Shown: positions 33,501-44,300 of the stretch, in pieces | How positions within the stretch are numbered: position 1 is the first letter of the stretch | How the letters are laid out: each line of letters begins with the position of its first letter | Source: Eledone cirrhosa | Taxonomy: Eukaryota | Reading direction: 5' to 3' | DNA: 64,000 nucleotides | Assembly: GCA_964016885.1 (NCBI GenBank) | Contig: OZ024743.1 | Location: 141,422,001 to 141,486,000 of the forward strand | Made by a program: the position numbers and the translations under genes | Notes under the pieces: generated by a model | Seen by the model: the letters and a program-made list of their open reading frames with translations, nothing else | Told to the model about the DNA's origin: nothing | Databases searched by the model: none

Positions 33501-35240
33501 TTGGTGTTTGGTGTTTGGTGTTTGGTGCTTGGTGCTTGGTGCTTGGTGTTTGGTGCTTGGTGCTTGGTGTTTGGTGCTGCGTGCTTGGTGTTTGGTGTTC
33601 GGTGCTTGGTGCCTGGTGCTTGTTGTTTGGTGTTTGGTGCTTAGTGCTTGGTGTTTGGTGTTTGGTGCTTGGTGCTTGGTGGCTGGTGTTTGGTGCTTGG
33701 TGTTTGGAGTTTGGTGCTTGGTGCTTGGTGCCTGGTGTTTCGTGCTTGGTGCTTGGTGCTTGGTGTTTGGTGTTTGGTGCTTGGTGTTTGGTGTTTGGTA
33801 CTTGGTGCTTGGTGCTTGGTGCTTGGTGTTTGGTGCTTGGTATTTGATGCTGCCTGCTTGGTGTTTGGTGTTTGGTGCTTGGTGCTTGGTGTTTGGCGTT
33901 TGGAGCTCGGTGCCTGGTGCTTGTTGTTTGGTGTTTGGCGCTTGGTGCTTGGTATCTGGTGTTTGGTGCTTGATGTTTGGTGTTTGGTGCTTGGTGTTTT
34001 GTGTTTGGTGATTGGTGCTTGGTGCCTGGTGCTTGGTGCTTGGTGCTTGTTGTTTGGTGCTTGGTGCTTGGTGATTAGTGTTTGGTGCTTGGTGCTTGCG
34101 GTTTGCTGTTTGGTGCTTGGGGTTTGGTGCTTGGTGCTTGGTGCTTGGTGTTTGGTGCTTGGTGCTTGGTGTTTGGTGCTTGGTGCTTGGTGTTTGGTGT
34201 TTGGTGTTTGCTGTTTGCTGTTTGCTGTTTGGTGCTTGCTGTTTGGTGCTTGGTGCTTGGTGTTTGGTGTTTGGTGTTTTGTGCTTGGTGCTTGGTGTTT
34301 GGTGCTTGGTGCTTCGTGCTGGGTGTTTGGTGCTTGGTGCTTGGTGTTTGGTGCTTGGTGCTTGGTGCTTGGTGTTTGGTCCTTGGTGCTTGGTGCTTGG
34401 TCTTTGGTGCTTGGGTTTTGGTGTTTGGTGCTTGGTGCTTGGTGTTTGGTGCTTGGTTCTTGGTGCTTGGTGCTTGGTGTTTGGTGATTGCTGCTTGGTG
34501 CTTGGTGTTTGGTGCTTGGTGCTTGGTGATTAGTGTTTGGTGATTGGTGCTTGGGGTTTGCTGTTTGGTGCTTGGTGCTTGCTGTTTGGTGTTTGGTGTT
34601 TGGTTCTTGGTGCTTGGTGTTTGGTGTTTGGTGTCTGGTGCTTGGTGCTTGGTGCTTGGTGTTTGGTGCTTGGTGCTTGGTGCTTGGTGTTTGGTGCTGC
34701 GTGCTTGGTGTTTGGTGCTTGGTGCTTGGTGATTAGTGTTTGGTGCTTTGTGTTTGGTGCTTGGTGTTTGGTGCTTGGTGCTTGGTGCTTGGTGCTTGGT
34801 GTTAGTTGTTTGGTGCTTGGTGATTGGTGTTTGATGTTAGGTTCTTGGTGCTTGGTGTTTGGTGTTTGGTGCTTGGTGCTTGGTGTTTGGTGTTTGGTGC
34901 TTGGTGCTTGGTGCTTGGTGCTTGGTGTTAGGTGTTTGGTGCTTGGTGCTTGGTGTTTGGTGCTTGGTGCTTTGTGTTTGGTGCTTGGTGTTTGGTGCTT
35001 GGTGCTTGGTGCTTGGTGCTTGGTGTTAGGTGTTTGGTGCTTGGTGATTGGTGTTTGATGTTAGGTTCTTGGTGCTTGGTGTTTGGTGTTTGGTGCTTGG
35101 TGCTTGGTGTTTGGTGTTTGGTGCTTGGTGCTTGGTGCTTGGTGTTAGGTGTTTGGTGCTTGGTGATGGGTGCTTGGTGTTTGGTCCTTGGTGCTTGGTG
35201 CATGGTCTTTGGTGCTTGGGTTTTGGTGTTTGGTGCTTGG
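30100..35240 (+). repeat. Copy 2 of the roughly 5-kb duplication (partner about 19190-24130)
   Basis: TTCTGC at 20989/31948 and TTCGTAT at 21352/32311, both at offset 10959. Confidence 0.9.
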
Positions 35241-38200
35241 TGCTTGGTGTTTGGTGCTTGGTGCTTGGTGATTAGTGTTTGGTGATTGGTGCTTGGGGTT
35301 TGGTGTTTGGGGCTTGGTGTTTGGTGGTTAGTGCTTCCTATTTGGTGTTTGGTGTTTGGTTCTTGGTGCTTGGTGGCTGGTGTTTGGTGCTTGGTGCTTG
35401 TTGTTTGGTGTTTGGTGTTTGGTGCTTGGTGCTTGGTGGCTGGTGTTTGGTGCTTGGTGTTTGGAGTTTGGTGCTTGGTGCTTGGTGCCTGGTGTTTCGT
35501 GCTTGGTGCTTGGTGCTTGGTGTTTGGTGATTGGTGCTTGGTGTTTGGTGTTTGGTACTTGGTGCTTGGTGCTTGGTGCTTGGTGCTTGGTGCTTGGTGT
35601 TTGATGCTGCGTGCTTGGTGTTTGGTGTTTGGTGCTTGGTGCTTGGTGTTTGGTCTTTGGAGCTCGGTGCCTGGTGCTTGTTGTTTGGTGTTTGGCGCTT
35701 GGTGCTTGGTGTTTGGTGTTTGGTGCTTGGTGCTTGGTGCTTGGTATCTGGTGCTTGGTGCTTGATGTTTGGTGTTTGGTGCTTGGTGTTTGGTGTTTGG
35801 TGCTTGGTGCTTGGTGTTTGGTGCTTGGTGTTTGGTGTTTGGTGTTTGATGCTTGGTGTTTGCTGCTTGGTGCTTGGTGCTTGGTGTTTTGTGTTTGGTG
35901 ATTGGTGCTTGGTGCCTGGTGCTTGGTGCTTGGTGCTTGTTGTTTGGTGCTTGGTGCTTGGTGATTAGTGTTTGGTGCTTGGTGCTTGCGGTTTGGTGTT
36001 TGGTGCTTGGGGTTTGGTGCTTGGTGCTTGGTGCTTGGTGTTTGGTGCTTGGTGCTTGGTGTTTGGTGCTTGGTGCTTGGTGTTTGGTGTTTGGCATTTG
36101 CTGTTTGCTGTTTGGTGTTTGGTGCTTGCTGTTTGGTGCTTGGTGCTTGGTGTTTGGTGTTTGGTGTTTTGTGCTTGGTGCTTGGTGTTTGGTGCTTGGT
36201 GCTTGGTGCTGGGTGTTTGGTGTTTGGTGCTTAGTGCTTGGTGTTTGGTGTTTGGTGCTTGGTGCTTGGTGGCTGGTGTTTGGTGCTTGGTGTTTGGAGT
36301 TTGGTGCTTGGTGCTTGGTGCCTGGTGTTTCGTGCTTGGTGCTTGGTGCTTGGTGTTTGGTGTTTGGTGCTTGGTGTTTGGTGTTTGGTACTTGGTGCTT
36401 GCTGCTTGGTGCTTGGTGTTTGGTGCTTGGTATTTGATGCTGCCTGCTTGGTGTTTGGTGTTTGGTGCTTGGTGCTTGGTGTTTCGCGTTTGGAGCTCGG
36501 TGCCTGGTGCATGTTGTTTGGTGTTTGGCGCTTGGTGCTTGGTATCTGGTGTTTGGTGCTTGATGTTTGGTGTTTGGTGCTTGGTGTTTTGTGTTTGGTG
36601 ATTGGTGCTTGGTGCCTGGTGCTTGGTGCTTGGTGCTTGTTGTTTGGTGCTTGGTGCTTGGTGATTAGTGTTTGGTGCTTGGTGCTTGCGGTTTGCTGTT
36701 TGGTGCTTGGGGTTTGGTGCTTGGTGCTTGGTGCTTGGTGTTTGGTGCTTGGTGCTTGGTGTTTGGTGCTTGGTGCTTGGTGTTTGGTGTTTGGTGTTTG
36801 CTGTTTGCTGTTTGCTGTTTGGTGCTTGGTGTTTGGTGCTTGGTGCTTGGTGCTTGGTGCTTGGTGTTAGGTGTTTGGTGCTTGGTGATTGGTGTTTGAT
36901 GTTAGGTTCTTGGTGCTTGGTGTTTGGTGTTTGGTGCTTGGTGCTTGGTGTTTGGTGTTTGGTGCTTGGTGCTTGGTGCTTGGTGCTTGGTGTTAGGTGT
37001 TTGGTGCTTGGTGCTTGGTGTTTGGTGCTTGGTGCTTTGTGTTTGGTGCTTGGTGTTTGGTGCTTGGTGCTTGGTGCTTGGTGCTTGGTGTTAGGTGTTT
37101 GGTGCTTGGTGATTGGTGTTTGATGTTAGGTTCTTGGTGCTTGGTGTTTGGTGTTTGGTGCTTGGTGCTTGGTGTTTGGTGTTTGGTTCTTGGTGCTTGG
37201 TGCTTGGTGTTAGGTTTTTGGTGCTTGGTGATGGGTGCTTGGTGTTTGGTCCTTGGTGCTTGGTGCATGGTCTTTGGTGCTTGGGTTTTGGTGTTTGGTG
37301 CTTGGTGCTTGGTGTTTGGTGCTTGGTGCTTGGTGATTAGTGTTTGGTGATTGGTGCTTGGGGTTTGGTGTTTGGGGCTTGGTGTTTGGTGGTTAGTGCT
37401 TGCTATTTGGTGTTTGGTGTTTGGTTCTTGGTGCTTGGTGGCTGGTGTTTGGTGCTTGGTGCTTGTTGTTTGGTGTTTGGTGTTTGGTGCTTGGTGCTTG
37501 GTGGCTGGTGTTTGGTGCTTGGTGTTTGGAGTTTGGTGCTTGGTGCTTGGTGCCTGGTGTTTCGTGCTTGGTGCTTGGTGCTTGGTGTTTGGTGATTGGT
37601 GCTTGGTGTTTGGTGTTTGGTACTTGGTGCTTGGTGCTTGGTGCTTGGTGCTTGGTGCTTGGTGTTTGATGCTGCGTGCTTGGTGTTTGGTGTTTGGTGC
37701 TTGGTGCTTGGTGTTTGGTCTTTGGAGCTCGGTGCCTGGTGCTTGTTGTTTGGTGTTTGGCGCTTGGTGCTTGGTGTTTGGTGTTTGGTGCTTGGTGCTT
37801 GGTGCTTGGTATCTGGTGCTTGGTGCTTGATGTTTGGTGTTTGGTGCTTGGTGTTTGGTGTTTGGTGCTTGGTGCTTGGTGTTTGGTGCTTGGTGTTTGG
37901 TGTTTGGTGTTTGATGCTTGGTGTTTGCTGCTTGGTGCTTGGTGCTTGGTGTTTTGTGTTTGGTGATTGGTGCTTGGTGCCTGGTGCTTGGTGCTTGGTG
38001 CTTGTTGTTTGGTGCTTGGTGCTTGGTGATTAGTGTTTGGTGCTTGGTGCTTGCGGTTTGGTGTTTGGTGCTTGGGGTTTGGTGCTTGGTGCTTGGTGCT
38101 TGGTGTTTGGTGCTTGGTGCTTGGTGTTTGGTGCTTGGTGCTTGGTGTTTGGTGTTTGGCGTTTGTTGTTTGCTGTTTGGTGTTTGGTGCTTGCTGTTTG

Positions 38201-40890
38201 GTGCTTGGTGCTTGGTGTTTGGTGTTTGGTGTTTTGTGCTTGGTGCTTGGTGTTTGGTGCTTGGTGCTTGGTGCTGGGTGTTTGGTGTTTGGTGCTTAGT
38301 GCTTGGTGTTTGGTGTTTGGTGCTTGGTGCTTGGTGGCTGGTGTTTGGTGCTTGGTGTTTGGAGTTTGGTGCTTGGTGCTTGGTGCCTGGTGTTTCGTGC
38401 TTGGTGCTTGGTGCTTGGTGTTTGGTGTTTGGTGCTTGGTGTTTGGTGTTTGGTACTTGGTGCTTGCTGCTTGGTGCTTGGTGTTTGGTGCTTGGTATTT
38501 GATGCTGCCTGCTTGGTGTTTGGTGTTTGGTGCTTGGTGCTTGGTGTTTCGCGTTTGGAGCTCGGTGCCTGGTGCTTGTTGTTTGGTGTTTGGCGCTTGG
38601 TGCTTGGTATCTGGTGTTTGGTGCTTGATGTTTGGTGTTTGGTGCTTGGTGTTTTGTGTTTGGTGATTGGTGCTTGGTGCCTGGTGCTTGGTGCTTGGTG
38701 CTTGTTGTTTGGTGCTTGGTGCTTGGTGATTAGTGTTTGGTGCTTGGTGCTTGCGGTTTGCTGTTTGGTGCTTGGGGTTTGGTGCTTGGTGCTTGGTGCT
38801 TGGTGTTTGGTGCTTGGTGCTTGGTGTTTGGTGCTTGGTGCTTGGTGTTTGGTGTTTGGTGTTTGCTGTTTGCTGTTTGCTGTTTGGTGCTTGGTGTTTG
38901 GTGCTTGGTGCTTGGTGCTTGGTGCTTGGTGTTAGGTGTTTGGTGCTTGGTGATTGGTGTTTGATGTTAGGTTCTTGGTGCTTGGTGTTTGGTGTTTGGT
39001 GCTTGGTGCTTGGTGTTTGGTGTTTGGTGCTTGGTGCTTGGTGCTTGGTGCTTGGTGTTAGGTGTTTGGTGCTTGGTGCTTGGTGTTTGGTGCTTGGTGC
39101 TTTGTGTTTGGTGCTTGGTGTTTGGTGCTTGGTGCTTGGTGCTTGGTGCTTGGTGTTAGGTGTTTGGTGCTTGGTGATTGGTGTTTGATGTTAGGTTCTT
39201 GGTGCTTGGTGTTTGGTGTTTGGTGCTTGGTGCTTGGTGTTTGGTGTTTGGTGCTTGGTGCTTGGTGCTTGGTGTTAGGTTTTTGGTGCTTGGTGATGGG
39301 TGCTTGGTGTTTGGTCCTTGGTGCTTGGTGCATGGTCTTTGGTGCTTGGGTTTTGGTGTTTGGTGCTTGGTGCTTGGTGTTTGGTGCTTGGTGCTTGGTG
39401 ATTAGTGTTTGGTGATTGGTGCTTGGGGTTTGGTGTTTGGGGCTTGGTGTTTGGTGGTTAGTGCTTGCTATTTGGTGTTTGGTGTTTGGTTCTTGGTGCT
39501 TGGTGGCTGGTGTTTGGTGCTTGGTGCTTGTTGTTTGGTGTTTGGTGTTTGGTGCTTGGTGCTTGGTGGCTGGTGTTTGGTGCTTGGTGTTTGGAGTTTG
39601 GTGCTTGGTGCTTGGTGCCTGGTGTTTCGTGCTTGGTGCTTGGTGCTTGGTGTTTGGTGATTGGTGCTTGGTGTTTGGTGTTTGGTACTTGGTGCTTGGT
39701 GCTTGGTGCTTGGTGCTTGGTGCTTGGTGTTTGATGCTGCGTGCTTGGTGTTTGGTGTTTGGTGCTTGGTGCTTGGTGTTTGGTCTTTGGAGCTCGGTGC
39801 CTGGTGCTTGTTGTTTGGTGTTTGGCGCTTGGTGCTTGGTGTTTGGTGTTTGGTGCTTGGTGCTTGGTGCTTGGTATCTGGTGCTTGGTGCTTGATGTTT
39901 GGTGTTTGGTGCTTGGTGTTTGGTGTTTGGTGCTTGGTGCTTGGTGTTTGGTGCTTGGTGTTTGGTGTTTGGTGTTTGATGCTTGGTGTTTGCTGCTTGG
40001 TGCTTGGTGCTTGGTGTTTTGTGTTTGGTGATTGGTGCTTGGTGCCTGGTGCTTGGTGCTTGGTGCTTGTTGTTTGGTGCTTGGTGCTTGGTGATTAGTG
40101 TTTGGTGCTTGGTGCTTGCGGTTTGGTGTTTGGTGCTTGGGGTTTGGTGCTTGGTGCTTGGTGCTTGGTGTTTGGTGCTTGGTGCTTGGTGTTTGGTGCT
40201 TGGTGCTTGGTGTTTGGTGTTTGGTGTTTTGTGCTTGGTGCTTGGTGTTTGGTGCTTGGTGCTTGGTGCTGGGTGTTTGGTGTTTGGTGCTTAGTGCTTG
40301 GTGTTTGGTGTTTGGTGCTTGGTGCTTGGTGGCTGGTGTTTGGTGCTTGGTGTTTGGAGTTTGGTGCTTGGTGCTTGGTGCCTGGTGTTTCGTGCTTGGT
40401 GCTTGGTGCTTGGTGTTTGGTGTTTGGTGCTTGGTGTTTGGTGTTTGGTACTTGGTGCTTGCTGCTTGGTGCTTGGTGTTTGGTGCTTGGTATTTGATGC
40501 TGCCTGCTTGGTGTTTGGTGTTTGGTGCTTGGTGCTTGGTGTTTCGCGTTTGGAGCTCGGTGCCTGGTGCTTGTTGTTTGGTGTTTGGCGCTTGGTGCTT
40601 GGTATCTGGTGTTTGGTGCTTGATGTTTGGTGTTTGGTGCTTGGTGTTTTGTGTTTGGTGATTGGTGCTTGGTGCCTGGTGCTTGGTGCTTGGTGCTTGT
40701 TGTTTGGTGCTTGGTGCTTGGTGATTAGTGTTTGGTGCTTGGTGCTTGCGGTTTGCTGTTTGGTGCTTGGGGTTTGGTGCTTGGTGCTTGGTGCTTGGTG
40801 TTTGGTGCTTGGTGCTTGGTGTTTGGTGCTTGGTGCTTGGTGTTTGGTGTTTGGTGTTTGGTGTTTGCTGTTTGCTGTTTGGTGCTTGCT
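34755..40890 (+). repeat. Three tandem copies of a 2065-bp (295-unit) higher-order repeat; the third lacks 70 bp
   Basis: ORF triplets 34932/36997/39062, 35279/37344/39409 and 35968/38033/40098 are spaced 2065 apart. Triplet 36668/38733/40728 is spaced 2065 then 1995. Confidence 0.93.
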
Positions 40891-41389
40891 GTTTGGTGCT
40901 TGGTGCTTGGTGTTTGGTGTTTGGTGTTTTGTGCTTGGTGCTTGGTGTTTGGTGCTTGGTGCTTCGTGCTGGGTGTTTGGTGCTTGGTGCTTGGTGTTTG
41001 GTGCTTGGTGCTTGGTGCTTGGTGTTTGGTCCTTGGTGCTTGGTGCTTGGTCTTTGGTGCTTGGGTTTTGGTGTTTGGTGCTTGGTGCTTGGTGTTTGGT
41101 GCTTGGTTCTTGGTGCTTGGTGCTTGGTGTTTGGTGATTGCTGCTTGGTGCTTGGTGTTTGGTGCTTGGTGCTTGGTGATTAGTGTTTGGTGATTGGTGC
41201 TTGGGGTTTGCTGTTTGGTGCTTGGTGCTTGCTGTTTGGTGTTTGGTGTTTGGTTCTTGGTGCTTGGTGTTTGGTGTTTGGTGTCTGGTGCTTGGTGCTT
41301 GGTGCTTGGTGTTTGGTGCTTGGTGCTTGGTGCTTGGTGTTTGGTGCTGCGTGCTTGGTGTTTGGTGCTTGGTGCTTGGTGATTAGTGT

Positions 41390-44300
41390 TTGGTGCTTTG
41401 TGTTTGGTGCTTGGTGTTTGGTGCTTGGTGCTTGGTGCTTGGTGCTTGGTGTTAGGTGTTTGGTGCTTGGTGATTGGTGTTTGATGTTAGGTTCTTGGTG
41501 CTTGGTGTTTGGTGTTTGGTGCTTGGTGCTTGGTGTTTGGTATTTGGTGCTTGGTGCTTGGTGCTTGGTGCTTGGTGTTAGGTGTTTGGTGCTTGGTGCT
41601 TGGTGTTTGGTGCTTGGTGCTTTGTGTTTGGTGCTTGGTGTTTGGTGCTTGGTGCTTGGTGCTTGGTGCTTGGTGTTAGGTGTTTGGTGCTTGGTGATTG
41701 GTGTTTGATGTTAGGTTCTTGGTGCTTGGTGTTTGGTGTTTGGTGCTTGGTGCTTGGTGTTTGGTGTTTGGTGCTTGGTGCTTGGTGCTTGGTGCTTGGT
41801 GTTAGGTGTTTGGTGCTTGGTGATGGGTGCTTGGTGTTTGGTCCTTGGTGCTTGGTGCATGGTCTTTGGTGCTTGGGTTTTGGTGTTTGGTGCTTGGTGC
41901 TTGGTGTTTGGTGCTTGGTGCTTGGTGCTTGGTGCTTGGTGTTTGGTGCTTGCTGCTTGGTGCTTGGTGTTTGGTGCTTGGTGCTTGGTGATTAGTGTTT
42001 GGTGATTGGTGCTTGGGGTTTGGTGTTTGGGGCTTGGTGTTTGGTGGTTAGTGCTTGCTATTTGGTGTTTGGTGTTTGGTTCTTGGTGCTTGGTGGCTGG
42101 TGTTTGGTGCTTGGTGCTTGTTGTTTGGTGTTTGGTGTTTGGTGCTTGGTGCTTGGTGGCTGGTGTTTGGTGCTTGGTGTTTGGAGTTTGGTGCTTGGTG
42201 CTTGGTGCCTGGTGTTTCGTGCTTGGTGCTTGGTGCTTGGTGTTTGGTGATTGGTGCTTGGTGTTTGGTGTTTGGTACTTGGTGCTTGGTGCTTGGTGCT
42301 TGGTGCTTGGTGCTTGGTGTTTGATGCTGCGTGCTTGGTGTTTGGTGTTTGGTGCTTGGTGCTTGGTGTTTGGTCTTTGGAGCTCGGTGCCTGGTGCTTG
42401 TTGTTTGGTGTTTGGCGCTTGGTGCTTGGTGTTTGGTGTTTGGTGCTTGGTGCTTGGTGCTTGGTATCTGGTGCTTGGTGCTTGATGTTTGGTGTTTGGT
42501 GCTTGGTGTTTGGTGTTTGGTGCTTGGTGCTTGGTGTTTGGTGCTTGGTGTTTGGTGTTTGGTGTTTGATGCTTGGTGTTTGCTGCTTGGTGCTTGGTGC
42601 TTGGTGTTTTGTGTTTGGTGATTGGTGCTTGGTGCCTGGTGCTTGGTGCTTGGTGCTTGTTGTTTGGTGCTTGGTGCTTGGTGATTAGTGTTTGGTGCTT
42701 GGTGCTTGCGGTTTGGTGTTTGGTGCTTGGGGTTTGGTGCTTGGTGCTTGGTGCTTGGTGTTTGGTGCTTGGTGCTTGGTGTTTGGTGCTTGGTGCTTGG
42801 TGTTTGGTGTTTGGCGTTTGCTGTTTGCTGTTTGGTGTTTGGTGCTTGCTGTTTGGTGCTTGGTGCTTGGTGTTTGGTGTTTGGTGTTTTGTGCTTGGTG
42901 CTTGGTGTTTGGTGCTTGGTGCTTGGTGCTGGGTGTTTGGTGCTTGGTGCTTGGTGTTTGGTGCTTGGTGCTTGGTGCTTGGTGTTTGGTCCTTGGTGCT
43001 TGGTGCTTGGTCTTTGGTGCTTGGGTTTTGGTGTTTGGTGCTTGGTGCTTGGTGTTTGGTGCTTGGTTCTTGGTGCTTGGTGCTTGGTGTTTGGTGATTG
43101 CTGCTTGGTGCTTGGTGTTTGGTGCTTGGTGCTTGGTGATTAGTGTTTGGTGATTGGTGCTTGGGATTTGCTGTTTGGTGCTTGGTGTTTGGTGCTTGGT
43201 GCTTGATGTTTGGTGTTTGGTGTTTGGTTCTTGGTGCTTGGTGTTTGGTGTTTGGTGTCTGGTGCTTGGTGCCTGGTGCCTGGTGTTTGGTGCTTGGTGC
43301 TTGGTGCTTGGTGTTTGGTGCTGCGTGCTTGGTGTTTGGTGCTTGGTGCTTGGTGATTATTGTTTGGTGCTTTGTGTTTGGTGCTTGGTGTTTGGTGCTT
43401 GGTGCTTGGTGCTTGGTGCTTGGTGTTAGGTGTTTGGTGCTTGGTGATTGGTGTTTGATGTTAGGTTCTTGGTGCTTGGTGTTTGGTGTTTGGTACTTGG
43501 TGCTTGGTGTTTGGTGTTTGGTGCTTGGTGCTTGGTGCTTGGTGCTTGGTGCTTGGTGCTTGGTGTTTGGTGCTTGGTTCTTGGTGCTTGGTGCTTGGTG
43601 TTTGGTGATTGCTGCTTGGTGCTTGGTGTTTGGTGCTTGGTGCTTGGTGATTAGTGTTTGGTGATTGGTGCTTGGGATTTGCTGTTTGGTGCTTGGTGTT
43701 TGGTGCTTGGTGCTTGATGTTTGGTGTTTGGTGTTTGGTTCTTGGTGCTTGGTGTTTGGTGTTTGGTGTCTGGTGCTTGGTGCTTGGTGCTTGGTGTTTG
43801 GTGCTTGGTGCTTGGTGTTTGGTGCTGCGTGCTTGGTGTTTGGTGCTTGGTGCTTGGTGATTAGTGTTTGGTGCTTTGTGTTTGGTGCTTGGTGTTTGGT
43901 GCTTGGTGCTTGGTGCTTGGTGCTTGGTGTTAGGTGTTTGGTGCTTGGTGATTGGTGTTTGCTGTTAGTTTCTTGGTGCTTGGTGTTTGGTGTTTGGTGC
44001 TTGGTGCTTGGTGTTTGGTGTTTGGTGCTTGGTGCTTGGTGCTTGGTGCTTGGTGTTAGGTGTTTGGTGCTTGGTGCTTGGTGTTTGGTGCTTGGTGCTT
44101 TGTGTTTGGTGCTTGGTGTTTGGTGCTTGGTGCTTGGTGCTTGGTGCTTGGTGTTTGGTGTTTGGTGCTTGGTGATTGGTGTTTGATGTTAGGTTCTTGG
44201 TGCTTGGTGTTTGGTGTTTGGTGCTTGGTGCTTGGTGTTTGGTGCTTGGTGCTTCGTGCTTGGTGCTTGGTGCTTGGTGTTAGGTGTTTGGTGCTTGGTG

